From assembly GCA_951406725.2 (NCBI GenBank), contig OX597822.1:112964001-113028000 (forward strand): a DNA stretch of 64,000 nt. The letters run 5' to 3'. A program made the position numbers and the translations under genes. Every line of letters begins with the position of its first letter. Position 1 is the stretch's first letter. Source of the DNA: Octopus vulgaris (Eukaryota). Shown piece after piece: positions 42,544 through 55,789 of the stretch. The notes under the pieces were generated by a model. That model ran no database searches. It had not been told where the DNA came from and worked only from the letters and a program-made list of their open reading frames with translations.

Positions 42544-43193
42544 GTTCAATAACAGGAAATCTTTCTTACAAATATTTACCCCTCTGACTTATCAGTGGTA
42601 CATGACAGTAAACAGTAGCGTGTAAATTATATGTCGCTTGAGATGGCCTTCAAAATTATTCTGATGAGAAACTTCGAAACAAATTCGCTACGCACGGACA
42701 TAATATACAGCGTACATACAGGGCAATAGTCGCTGACGTATACAAAATAAAATACAAGTGTATATAGAGACATGAATATAAAAGTTTATACTCAAAATAT
42801 GTTCTAATTACAAGTATTTTATTCCAACCAATAAAAGTTTATATATATATATATATATAGGAAATGAAGAAAATGCTGACAAAATAATTTAAGTAATTTT
42901 AGTAATTTAATTAGGTGAAGTTCTTTTTACCGGTTACGCATTTGTTATGCTTATCAAAAGATGTTTTTTTTAAGAGAGATAGAGTTCCTTTCTGATAGAT
43001 TTTTTCCTCTTATCTGTATATATATATATACATATATATACACACACACATATATATATATAAACATGCATACATACATATATACGTATATATATACATA
43101 TATATATACACTATATATATATATATATATATATAAGTGCATATTTATATGTGTATGTACATTTATATAGACAGATATAGTTATGTATATATT

Positions 43194-43249
<56 letters not shown>

Positions 43250-43864
43250 CATGTATATGCACAAATATATGCAGATGTATACATATATGACATATATATT
43301 ATGCGTGTATATATAAATCTATACCTATCTATCTCACTATTTATGTATATATGTATATATGTGTGCGTGTGTGTATGTATGTATGTATGTATGTATGTAT
43401 GTGTATGTATGTATGCATGTATGTATGTGTGTATGTATGTATGTATGTATGCGTGCATGCATGAATGTATGCGTGCATGGAATGCATGTAGTGCTCTGCC
43501 GAACATCAAAGTATATTTATGTTTCTGCACTGAATTATCATTTTTAGAATCACGTGGTAATCAATTAGTTTGCTTAATATTTTTAAAAATGGTTTCAAAT
43601 TTTGAAGCAAAATCAAAAATTTTAGGGGAGGGGATATATTGCCCCCCCCCCCCCACTATTCAAGGGGTACCTATTTGATCGAGGCGAAAAGTTGAAAGAC
43701 AAAAAGAAGAGAAATGCTGTTTTGCATTGTGTGCCATGAACGACTTTAATTATGAATTCGTATCGGTTATTACTGGGTGTGTATGCATACGCATGCCTGC
43801 GTGTGTGCATATGTGTACGTGCATGTGGGTGGGTGTATGCGTGTGCGTGTAATATATATGCATG

Positions 43865-43913
<49 letters not shown>

Positions 43914-44062
43914 AATTGTGGTTGAAGATTGCCTCCCGACCACATGGTATCGCGCTTAGACCCTCTGTGTGATACCTTCGGCAAGTATCTTTTCTACTAT
44001 AGCTTCATACTGACCAACACTTGTGAGTGAATTTGGTAGACGGAAACTGAATAAAGTCCGTC

Positions 44063-44125
<63 letters not shown>

Positions 44126-44137
44126 CACACACACACA

Positions 44138-44230
<93 letters not shown>

Positions 44231-44233
<3 letters not shown>

Positions 44234-44569
44234 GGCGCATGGCTCAGTGGTTAGAGCGTCGAGCTTACGATCGTGAGGTTGTGAGCTCGAATCCCGGACC
44301 GGGCTGCGTGTTGTGTTCTTGAGCAAGACACTTTATTTCACGTTGCTCCAGTTCACTCAGCTGTAGAAATGAGTTGCGACGTCACAGGTGCCAAGCTGTA
44401 TCGACCTTTGTCTTTCCCTTGGATAACACTGGTGGCGTGGAGAGGGGAGGCCGGTATGCATGGGCGACTACTGGTCTTCCATAAAACAACCTTGCCCAGA
44501 CTTGTGCCTCAGAGGGTAACTCTCTAGGTGCAAACCCATGGTCACTCATGACCGAAGGGGGTCTTTACC

Positions 44570-44573
<4 letters not shown>
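44231..44573 (+). mobile_element. tRNA-derived SINE family D, full length, within (TA)n
   Basis: A-box TGGCTCAGTGG, B-box GCTCGAATCCC, central TTGTGTTCTTGAGCAAGACACTT domain. Confidence 0.88.
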
Positions 44574-44645
<72 letters not shown>

Positions 44646-45049
44646 CGATTCTCATGCCGCATTTGTTCTATGAACATGCTGTCGTTTTAACTGAATATAA
44701 TAAAATATAATAAGATCCCTAATAAGCTTGGAAACATTCTAAACTTTTGTTTGCTTATTACTTTTATCATTTCTCCTTTTCATTTTATTTGTATGCACGT
44801 TCTACAACAAAGAAGAAAAGTAAAAAAAAAAGGCAATTAGGGATTTTTGAGAACTAAGATGCAGGATGCAAAGGAGTCGTTTTGGCTGCAGCCATGCCGG
44901 TACCACTACCTTGAAGGTTTTTAGTTGAGCAAATCGACCCCAGGACTTATTATTTAAGCCTAGTACTTACTATAACTGCTAAGTTATAGGGACGTAAACA
45001 CACCAACACTGGCTGTCAAACGGTGACAGGGTAACACACGCACACACAC

Positions 45050-45215
<166 letters not shown>

Positions 45216-46064
45216 CTCCGTATTTCACAACATAGTGAAGACATGACTCGATGTAGGTAAAGAAATTTGAAAAATTTTGAAAAAAAAATACGAAACCGGG
45301 TATTTCTCCAAAAACTATGTTACTATACGCAAAATATTATAACATTTTTCTAACATAACGACTTAAATATATTCTTTAACCTTATAACACAAGCCGTCTG
45401 TAGTTTTTTCACGCTTTTCTTATTTTTTATTTTATATACATCCAACCACGTGCTTTCACATACCAACTCTCTCACCTTATTAAAAATTGCAATAATAATA
45501 AAGTGGCCAACATATATAACCTAAATTTAGCAAATATACAATTAAATTCCAAGATATCTGTTATTGCTTTTGTGGCTTATGCAAAGGTAAACCCTATTGT
45601 TACTATATTCGTTGCATTCACCATGCGTGCTTCTTAATAGTGAGAAATTTGTGGCTTTGGAGTGTTGACTCCTATTTCGAGCAAGCTGGTATTTTGGTAC
45701 AACTTGCCCAAGATGACACACCGTGGGACATATGTCTATAAGAAATATATATGCACACATATATATATATACAGTGTTTATCTCAGGATTTAACGCAAAA
45801 TGTCTGAAAAATTACTGGACCCAATAGTTGTCGAGTGAAAATTCTCTTAATTCATAAAAGCCGTGTTTCTATATTTTAACGTGTCACAACAAAGTTCTTA
45901 ATAATTCTGAATGTATAATAACATGGGACTTATTGCAATAATATTTCGCCACGTCTTGACACGCATACATACATTCACACACAGGCGCGCGCACAGATAC
46001 ACACATGCATGTATGTATGTATGTATGTATGTATGTATGTATGTATGTATGTATGTATGTATCC

Positions 46065-46116
<52 letters not shown>

Positions 46117-46120
<4 letters not shown>

Positions 46121-46412
46121 AGGCGCAATGGCCCAGTGGTTAGGGCAGCGGACTCGCGGCTTCGATTCCCAGACTAGGCGTTGTGAGTGTTTATTGAGCG
46201 AAAACGCCTCAAGCTCCCCGAGGCTCCGGCAGGGGGTGATGGCGGTCCCTGCTGTACTCTTTCGCCACAACTTTCTCTCACTCTTTCTTCTGTTGGCCTG
46301 CTCGCTTAGCCAGCGGGGTGGCGTCATTTGAAGGCTAAAAAACAATGCGAAGCGCATTGTGACCAGCGATGTTTAGCAACATCTGATAGCCTGGTCGGTC
46401 ACGGTGATCACG

Positions 46413-46416
<4 letters not shown>
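46117..46416 (+). mobile_element. SINE family A
   Basis: A-box TGGCCCAGTGG, B-box TTCGATTCCC; matches 475-768. Confidence 0.88.
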
Positions 46417-46461
<45 letters not shown>

Positions 46462-46772
46462 GCACGTGTTTGTGTGTGTATGTATGAAAATAATTTATAG
46501 GTGCATATGTACTTGTGAGTTTGGATGTGCAATAATGTAACTATAATTGTTTCTGATTTAAGCACAGAGCCAGGAGTTTCGTGAAGATGAGTCTACTCAA
46601 AACTATCGGCCGCAATACAGTAGAGGTACTTTACTTTATCAACCCAGAAAGTTATGAAAATCAAAGCTGACCTCGGCAGGATATAAACTCAAAACGTAAA
46701 GAGCCGGAACAAATGTTGCAAAGCAGTTTTATCCATGACTCACTCACTCACTCACTCACACACACACACACA

Positions 46773-46839
<67 letters not shown>

Positions 46840-46929
46840 ATACTAACATATGGATATACATATCTATCTCTGTGTGTATGCGTGCGTGCTTGCATGTGTG
46901 TAAGTGTGTGGTTGCGTATATATATAGAT

Positions 46930-47081
46930 TCTAGCAAAAAACTGTCCGATGAACGGCAACGGGAAACTCAGAGTAACAGGTCTTGTTGAATTTTCTGCTG
47001 CTTTAAATAAAGCATATTACTCTACGATTGGTATTTGAGTACTCTTCTTTCCACCTTGTTTCACATTTATGTGTTTACTCC

Positions 47082-47083
<2 letters not shown>
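46930..47083 (+). mobile_element. Short hammerhead-bearing element (family H3; motif at 46942-46979)
   Basis: CTGT-CCGATGA-ACG-GCAA-CGG-GAAA-CTCAGAG-TA-ACAG; ends on (TA)n. Confidence 0.7.
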
Positions 47084-47130
<47 letters not shown>

Positions 47131-47383
47131 ATAAATATAAGTTAAATTTAAAATTAAAGAATTCAGGCTTTGAAAGGAGACATTAAATGGAGTATCCAAA
47201 CCTTGCTTCAGTTTAAGTCCCCGGTAGTGTGCTTGCAGAGCATGCACACCAATTATGGTTAGCAAGCGTCATTAGCGTTACTATGCGTTCGCCTTTGGAT
47301 CTTTGGTCAAGAATTCCGAGGTGGACGTAGGGTATATTTTAAATGATTGATACGGAAAACGGAGTGTAACTAGAAGCTTCATT

Positions 47384-47491
47384 CGCACAACAATCGTTTC
47401 GGCTTCATTCTGCACTGCTCCCTAGTAGACGTAAGACGATGTAAGGACATCAGGTGCAACACACAGTATAAAAGAGCCTCATCAGGTGACG
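47384..47491 (-). ncRNA. Type-I hammerhead ribozyme candidate with canonical core and long stem II
   Basis: CAC-CTGATGA-GGCT...(~70 nt, partly paired with G-U)...AGCC-GAAA-CGATTG-TT|GTG; predicted cut between 47389 and 47388. Confidence 0.7.
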
Positions 47492-47637
47492 TAACATGCT
47501 TCAAATGTTACCAGACTTACATTTCATCATCGCTCCTGAGTATAAGCTGATGGTGGGGTCGTAACAGTTCAAACACATTTGGTTAAGCTTCTGGTTGCAC
47601 TCTGTCTTCCGAATCAATTGTTTAAAATAGAGATTAA

Positions 47638-47918
47638 TCTTTATATATAAAAGTGAGGTTGTGTGCTGTCTGTCTCCTACGATTTAGATTCCTAACTACT
47701 CCAACATTTTGCGGTGCAGTTTAACCAAAAGCGGGTATCTTATAGTCGTGATTCATATCGAGCCATTCTGGGTATTAGCGCGCGTCTACGATGAGTCTAC
47801 GATTTAAAAAAAAAATTACCATCATTTTTTCCCATTTTTAATGCATTTTTGGCATATATAAGGGAAGTAACCCTCTAAAAATTTATTATTAAATCTCAGA
47901 ACGTAAAAAGCTACAGTA
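47638..47918 (+). mobile_element. Non-autonomous Helitron, 3'-truncated copy
   Basis: Near-identical to the 5' part of 8978-9360. Confidence 0.85.
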
Positions 47919-48769
47919 AAATACCGCTAAGCATTTCGCCCGGCGTGCTAACGATTCTGTCAACTCGCCGCCTTTCACCTTGAAATATTAATTACTAATT
48001 CCTGAGAATTTCTTCTGAGTGTCATAAAAAAATTTAATGGTGTGTATTTACATTGAACCTGAAATTTTAAATAATGCTACTGAGTTGCTTGACAACAATT
48101 CTTTGGTTATAATTTTCAATCACTTTGGATTTGACTTACTAGACGAAAAGTTTCATGAATTTATGTTGATACATGTATATTGCAATAGTGAAAATGAACC
48201 TTTTCAATGAACAGGTATATAGTGACATTTTAGTCATTCTAAAAGTGTTCGAAACGTAGTTTGGTTTAATTTTATGAGAATGGATCAAAAGGGATTTTTT
48301 TAAAATCTGTTTCATATTTGCGAATTGAAAGTGACGGAATTGGCTATTTTGTGGTAAGATTCCGAGAAATCTGAAAGAAATTAGTATACTTGAATCATAG
48401 AGAAATGGTAATAAGAGACTGAAGGTATTAGCACGTTGGTAAGTAAGCTTTATGTCCGCTTTATGTGCTTCGTATACTCTTGGAGGAATCATGAAGCAAG
48501 GAGAAGATAATTCTTCAATAAGCGTTTAGTCTTCGTAGGAAGTTGGAGTCTTACATAAAAATAATTATATATGCACATATTTATAGCCTGGATGTATACT
48601 TGGAATGTATACTTTATTCCAACATATATTATTCGGATATGTTTAATACTAATTTACAAAAGAATTTCGTCCAGAACAGTTCGATGTATGTGTGTGTGTC
48701 TGAGTAGATAGATTTTTATGTGTCTACGTATTGCATGTATGCATGATTCCTTGACCATAAGGCTGATAA

Positions 48770-49410
48770 CATCATAAGACTTGGAAGGCAGCTTCTTGAG
48801 TAACATTCTTTTCCTGATTACCTGGAATACATGCCCAAAGAAGTCGCACGACTCTACTGCAGCGTATCATCAGATGAAAGGAAGAGCCTATGTGAGTAGA
48901 TGATTATGCATGGATATATTAGCAGAAAGCTCCGAGATGACAGCAACATCGATGTTCAAATGATAACCCCGAGAACAAAGAAATAAGAACCCACAGTATG
49001 GTAGAAGCCATAGCCACCCATAGTAAAAAGGGGTACTGGTGGAATGTCCCAGTGAAGACCTCAATAAAATGTAAGCACAACAGACCTGTTATAATGATTT
49101 GGGATAGAGAAGAGAAACTGTGCACAGTTGTGGAAATTAGCGGATGTTAACATGAAGCCAAAGATCAGTGAAAAAGAGAACACCAACGCTTAGCTATTGA
49201 TAAATCCGTAGATACTCTATCCAGATTACAAGTTCAGGTTTATACCTGTAATTATTGGGGTTCTGAGATATTTAATACACTGCCTAATTACGAATCTTGA
49301 AAAATTAGGCTTCTCAAAATCAGAACGGAGAAAGCAAATTGGAAGACTACAGATCGAATCCATCACTGGAACTGTAAAAATCTGTAAAACTTTCCAGAAG
49401 TTTATCATTT
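48770..49410 (+). mobile_element. RLE-type (R2/R4/NeSL-like) non-LTR retrotransposon C-terminal fragment
   Basis: KCKHNRPVIMIWDREEKLCTVVEIS (PD-(D/E)xK-like), FIPVIIG, GTVKICKTFQKF*. Confidence 0.7.
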
Positions 49411-49594
49411 AAATATATGTTAACATTTCTAGATATGCGACTATATGCATGAGAATGTATACATAAAGCAAAACACAAATCTACTTTGTTGTTGATGTTG
49501 ACAGTCCAATGAAAGATCTTTGAATCTAGGTTAGAAATCGGCGCTTCCTCTATTGGCAAGCAAGAAATCTTGAAAAAAAACTTAACATACATAC

Positions 49595-49654
<60 letters not shown>

Positions 49655-49658
<4 letters not shown>

Positions 49659-50257
49659 ATATTGGCAGGGCTTACTGCTAGGAAGTCGGCCGTATGCTAG
49701 AAACAGATCATCAACGATCAAACTACAAGGAAATTCTCTAGTAGTAAGCACCAACCGCAGTGAATTATTTACTGCAGCCCTTCGCCTCAGGAATTTTTTA
49801 GCGCGCCAGAACCAAGACATTTGAAATTTTATCCCTAGTGTAATCGGTAAAACTAAGCACGTGTCTGTCCTGGCACGGAAAGCTGGGGTTAGTTTTTTAG
49901 TTTACATTTGCAATGAACGAATGCACTGAAGAAGCACGGACATTTGAATTACGTAAGTAATTCTTTTGTTAAAGGCCGAAACCGAGGTATGCATTTAATT
50001 CTGTTTTTTATATAAATTTTCATCTGTCCTGCCCGCCAAATTTGGTTCTGGTGTTCGCTGAATTATTCCTCTAGAGAATTTCCTTCTAGTTTGATCGTTG
50101 ATGATCTGTTTCTAGCATACGGCCGACTTCCTAGCAGTAAGCCCTGCCAATATACACATATATTAGAATTTTCTCTGACTTCTCAGATTTTTTGTATGCT
50201 GGACTACTGGTTTTAAATTGATATTAAAATTAATATTAATTTATCTCCCTCATTATT

Positions 50258-50262
<5 letters not shown>
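49655..50262 (+). mobile_element. Structured hammerhead element (family H4) with 87-bp inverted arms
   Basis: Arms 49655-49741 / 50071-50157 (one mismatch); internal rod-like pairing; 3' end shared with 12591-12692; ends on (TA)n. Confidence 0.8.
49919..49996 (+). ncRNA. Type-I hammerhead ribozyme candidate, intact core
   Basis: GAATGCA-CTGAAGA-AGC...GAATTAC-GTAA-GTAATTC...GCC-GAAA-CC-GA-GG-TA|TGCATTT: 7-bp stem I, GNRA-capped stem II, short stem III, GUA cleavage triplet (cut after 49989). Confidence 0.8.
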
Positions 50263-50315
<53 letters not shown>

Positions 50316-50345
50316 CATACATACATACATAGATACATACATACA

Positions 50346-50379
<34 letters not shown>

Positions 50380-51074
50380 ATCAGCGGTAGTCTAGGAGTT
50401 ATTATGGTGTCAAAGCATTTAGAAATAATTTACACAAATATGTAAAGAAACGTAGTTAATCAGAAAGCAGGCAGGTAGTCCAGCGGAGTCCTTCGAAAAT
50501 AGGTAAATAACAAAATATTTCATACTCGATAATCATGGATATGGGAAAAGGAAATACGTGATATGTAAGCAAAATTCACATATGCAACTTTTAACAGCTG
50601 TAAATGACGATCTTGAATTCATTGGATATCTATCTATTCGTGAAGGACCACTTTGGCTACTTTCCTGTTTGCTGCTGAATTATCCTTCCTTGCGTATTTG
50701 TATAAATTATTTTTAATTGCTTCGATGCCTCAAATAATTGTTTTTCCATCGTTTACTTTATTCTCATTAACTCGATCGATGTGTTTCTCATAACCAATTC
50801 TACTTTGGCTCTCTTTCGTTTCCCACCATTTGACCTTGGATTTATAAGATGTGGTCAGGTCTGAAATCTAATCTGCTTGTATCTATTCTTTGCCATTTGT
50901 CGCTCTTGCCTATAATATATATGTACATATATGTATGTGTGTGTATACGTACGTACGTACGTGCGTATGTATGTTCATGTGCGTGTGTGTGTGTATATAT
51001 ATATATATATGCTCCAGCATGGCCACAGTCAAATGACTGAAACAAGTAAAAGAGTATATATATATAATTCCTCT

Positions 51075-51665
51075 TTTTCTCCTCCTTTGTACCGGCTACA
51101 CCTCGAATACTGCTGTCACATGTGGTCTCTCCACACAAGACAAAACATTTCTAAAACTGAATCACCGTAGAGGGCATTCACTAAAACAACTAAGGGCATG
51201 AGTGACCTCGATTACCGGGACCGCCTTAAAGCATTGACACTCAGTTCTTTCCAGCGCCGCCGTGGGTGATATATCATTTGCACAATGTGGAGAATACACC
51301 ACTAACCTTGCCCAAACCTCCTCAACATTAGTTTCAGAATTCATCCAAGGCCAGGATCGCGGGCCATACGTCCCCTACACAATTCAGAACCACAACACAT
51401 AAATACACTGCAATCCAATTTCTTTTCCTCCAAAACAAATCAAAAAGGAAAAAGGTCCTATCACCTTTAAACAGAATCTGAACAAATTTCTTTAAGGGAT
51501 ACCAGATAGGCCACTCATACCTGGCTACAGTTCACTCAACAAGAACTCCCTACTAGAATGGACCATGATACCACAAAACTAGATTTTAAAAAAAGATTTA
51601 GCAAACCCTATCAGGTCGTGCTATTAAGTCAGATATGACCTGGCCCAATCTTTGGTCGAAACATA
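51075..51665 (+). mobile_element. Two adjacent CR1/Jockey-group LINE 3' fragments
   Basis: RLHLEYCCHMWS remnant, then FRIHPRPGSRAIRP...IPDRPLIPGYSSLNKNSLLEW, homologous to 13108-13521 including the 3' UTR. Confidence 0.75.
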
Positions 51666-52202
51666 TCTATATATATATATATATATATATGAAGCGAGCG
51701 TCCTCATAAATCGACTAGTTTCCACTCACAATTTATGAGAGGTTCAAATAATGGGAGAAGGCACTCGGACAAGGTTACATGCATTGAGATCTAACGCGGT
51801 ACTACATGGATACGAACATTATAGTCTCTTTTTACTTCATGAATGCAGAATTCTTAAACGTTCATACATCCTGCTAAAATTTAAAATATTAAAATGATTA
51901 CAGGAAATTATTGCCCCAATACACTGATGATGATGTAAACGTTTGTTGCTGATTATAAATGGAAACTCCTAAATGTTAGCGTTTGGGATTTTCTACTCAT
52001 TAATAAAAACTTAAAAAGAATAGCCTCATGTATATATATATATTTATATATATATATATACACAATCATAAGGTGAGAGGTGAATATTATTTAACCGCAT
52101 GACTTCCGATGGATTACGGGCGCTTCGAAACCTGTTCATCGAATTTTTGAGAGAAGCTTTATGCGATAACCGTACCATTCATTGAATTCACATCCTCTAC
52201 TA

Positions 52203-52325
<123 letters not shown>

Positions 52326-52346
52326 GGATATAAATATATATATATA

Positions 52347-52403
<57 letters not shown>

Positions 52404-52495
52404 TTTATAGATTTTCCTTTCTTCCCAGACGTTAAACTAATTCACCTGGTTGTTGTTCCTACATTTGTCTTCGTCTTTTGTTTTCTGTAAATTTG

Positions 52496-52595
<100 letters not shown>

Positions 52596-52600
52596 TTTTT

Positions 52601-52992
52601 TCTCTTTTACTTGTTTCAGTCTCATTTGACTGCGGCTCATGCTAAAGTGCCTTTAATCGAGCAATTCGATCCCGGGACTTATTCTTTTGTAAGCCCAGTA
52701 CTTATTCTATCGGTCTCTTTTGCCGAACCGCTAAGTAACGGGGACATAAACACACCAGCATCGGTTGTCAAGCAATGCTAGAGTGACAAACACAGACACA
52801 CATACACTCATATATATATACATATATACGACGGGCTTGTTTTCTGAGTTTCCGTCTACAAATCCACTCACAGGGCTTTGGTCGGCCCGATGGAGATCTA
52901 TAGGTGAAGACACTTGCCCAAGGTGCCACGCAGTGGTGAACCCGGAACAATGTGGTTGGTATATATATATATATATATATACAGCCACTCCT
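52601..52992 (-). mobile_element. SINE family B, near full length, indel-rich
   Basis: Homologous to the other family B copies; a (TA)n run interrupts the head. Confidence 0.85.
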
Positions 52993-53014
52993 ATACAAAC
53001 ATATATATATACTT

Positions 53015-53245
53015 TATTAATAAAGTTGCAAAGTCATCAAAAAAGCTGTTGCTCACAGTTTCACGTTCCCGTTCGTCGGGCAGTTTTGGTTTACAATCCA
53101 AAGCCAAAACTGTTCGACGATCGGAAACGTGAAACTCTGAGTAACAGTTTTTTGAGATGTCTTTGCAGCTTTATTAATAAAGCATATTACTCTCCCTCCG
53201 GTTTTCGAGTACTGTTTTTTTTCCACTTTGTTTCACATTTATATA
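53015..53245 (+). mobile_element. Family H3 hammerhead element with an inverted 5' duplicate (motifs at 53041-53087 - and 53106-53151 +)
   Basis: AAAACTGT-TCGACGA-TCGGAAACGT-GAAA-CTCTGAG-TA-ACAGTTTT, and inverted AAAACTGC-CCGACGA-ACGGGAACGT-GAAA-CTGTGAG-CA-ACAGCTTT. Confidence 0.75.
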
Positions 53246-53264
53246 TGCTGTTGTTTGCTCCTTC

Positions 53265-53527
53265 CCTAGCCATGCCTGGCTCATAAGAGCCGGTTTCCCG
53301 GTTTCATTGTTGTAAAGGTTCCCCACCTGGACGGGACACTGGTCCGTCGCTGGTGAGCTGCTAGTTGCAAGAGGAAAGTTGGTAAAAAAGTCACCATAAG
53401 TTCGCCTTTAGCTGTGTGGAGCTTAGATGTTTCGATCATAAAAACACACATCGCCCGGTCTAAGATTCGAATTGCGATGCCTCGACCGCGAGTCCGCTAC
53501 GCTAACCACTAGGTCATTTGCCTCCAC
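53265..53527 (-). mobile_element. tRNA-derived SINE with a family-A-like head and a different 3' tail
   Basis: GTGGAGGCAAATGACCTAGTGGTTAG...TTCGAATC head; tail GAAACCGGGAAACCGG...AAACAACA. Confidence 0.7.
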
Positions 53528-53687
53528 TATATATGTGTGTGTGTGTGTGTGTATGTATGTGTGTCTGTGTGTGTGTATGTAAGTGTGTCTGCATACATGT
53601 ACATATATGTATGTATATATGCATACATATATATATATAAATGTATGTATATATATGTGTGTGTGTGTGCATGCGCTCGCACATGTT

Positions 53688-53783
<96 letters not shown>

Positions 53784-54519
53784 CATATATCGTACAATAC
53801 ATACACGTTTATATAAGCATTTGTATATCTATATATGAAATGATAAATGAATATCGACCAGACTTTTCGAACATGTTGTTCGATCAATGGAATTACCTGT
53901 AATTGAGTGAGTATTCCACAGACAGGTGTTCTCTTTTTGGAATTGTCAGACAGAATAACAGAGATAGTATGGAAGATAGGGTGAAACTTTGAATTACATG
54001 TGCAACCCAACCGATGGGATTCCATACGGTCTCCATCAAACCAATTTTACATGCACGATATGGGTCAAAATCATCGGAAATATAATTTGCCAAGATGCTA
54101 CAGCGTGGCATCGAAACGGGGTCCTCACCATTGCGTTGCGCGTTTCTTAACCATTCGGCTATAGTGCGCCTACATGTATTCTTTTATTCTTTTATATGTT
54201 TCAGCCTTGAGGCTGCGGCCATACTGGGGCACCGCCAGTAAAAATTTAAAAAATAATAATTAAGATGGTTTCAAATTTTGACACAAGGTCAGCAGATTTT
54301 GGAGGAGGAGCCCAGTCGGTTAAATCGAACTCATAGTACAACTGGTCCTTATTTTATGGGCTCCCAATTAATTGATCCCAGTCGTAAAGACAAACGAAAT
54401 GCCGTCAAAAATTCCACTCGGTATGCTAACGATATTTCCAGCTCGCCGCCTTCGTAATAATAACAGTGTGACTCTCATGGATTCTGAATCTTAACTGATT
54501 GGAAGTGCAAACATGTACA

Positions 54520-55236
54520 CGTTTCGATGGGCCACAGCAAACATTCTGTTCAATATCGCAGATTTGCTTGTCAGTTGCATGACCTTAAACAGTTGAGCAT
54601 ATCCAATAGTGGCTGATGATATGTGCAGCTCTGACCACGAGCATGAGTCGTGGGGGACATCCATAGACATATGTTGATGGGGATGCTTTGTGATTTGAAT
54701 AGTTCACCCCTGGAAACATGGATGTTTCGTTCATCACCCTTAAACGACCCTTATTCAGGAACCTTTCTCAGCAGGTTGGGTTACTTGAAGGAAAATTCTA
54801 AATTCCATTTACAAGGTCATGCGCTGAAAATCTTGATATGAGGTCACTATGTGGTTGTGATGCATATGCCTGTTGTACCTTTATAAGGTGAATACTCTTG
54901 ATGGCTATATTGGGTTTCAAATACTAGTACCGTAGCTTTAATTTCATTGCGTGTGCTGCTCTATCACTCAATAATAATGCATCATTCCTAAACAACCCTT
55001 ATTCAGGGACCTTTTGAGCGGGATGAGCTACTCGACCTGAAGAAAATTCTAACTGGGCACCATCTGCAAGGTCATGTGCTGTTTATCTTGATATCAGACC
55101 ACAATGTCGCGCACATATGATTATGATGCATGTGCCTGGTGTACCTTTATGAGACTGGTAGTCATGATGGGAATATTGGGCTTCGTTTAGTTGTATCCTA
55201 GTGTCACTCTGATGGCATGCGCTGCAATCTCACTTA

Positions 55237-55303
<67 letters not shown>
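54520..55303 (+). mobile_element. Two tandem copies of a dispersed repeat ending in (AAT)n (54740-54978 and 54987-55303)
   Basis: Both start AAAC.ACCCTTATTCAGG and end TCACT.A.TAATAAT; the upstream part is homologous to 27240-27380. Confidence 0.65.
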
Positions 55304-55304
<1 letters not shown>

Positions 55305-55544
55305 TTCTTCTTTAGGCACAAGGTTAACAATTTTGAGGAAAGGCGTTAAATCGACACTCGTTGTCCAGTACATTATTTATACTATATTTTATCACATACA
55401 TACACTAGCGCCGCACACATATACACATTTCTATTTGTATATGTAAGTAAATATGTATATGTATGTTATATATATATATATCATGTATGTATTTATATGT
55501 ATATATATACTATGAATGCATATATATATATTTTGTATATGATT

Positions 55545-55610
<66 letters not shown>

Positions 55611-55789
55611 TGTGTATTTGTGTATAAATATATGCGTATATATAAAGACACATACATACATATATATTTACATCTATCTATCTATCTAAATGTATGTAGG
55701 TATGTATGTGTCTCTATATATATATCTATATATATATATATATATATATATACATACACATTCATAATACATACATACTAGCATATATG

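Noticed and set aside
42654-42710. CTGATGA-GAAACTTC-GAAAC as a hammerhead
   Set aside because: The core and a tiny stem II are present, but I could not find a convincing stem III, UH site or stem I; at most a decayed copy.
44231-44305. tRNA genes at SINE heads (also 46117, 53455, 54085)
   Set aside because: Each continues into a SINE body and has imperfect acceptor and anticodon arms; these are tRNA-derived heads, not tRNA genes.
47545-47575. Plus-strand CTGATGG...CGTAAC as an opposite-polarity hammerhead (ambisense, viroid-like pair)
   Set aside because: Two core mismatches and no stem II or stem I pairing.
48139-48492. 117-aa ORF, and similar unexplained blocks at 5880-6460, 20820-21290 and 50380-50900
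   Set aside because: No recognisable domain or exon structure by eye; probably old repeat debris, and a database search is needed to say more.
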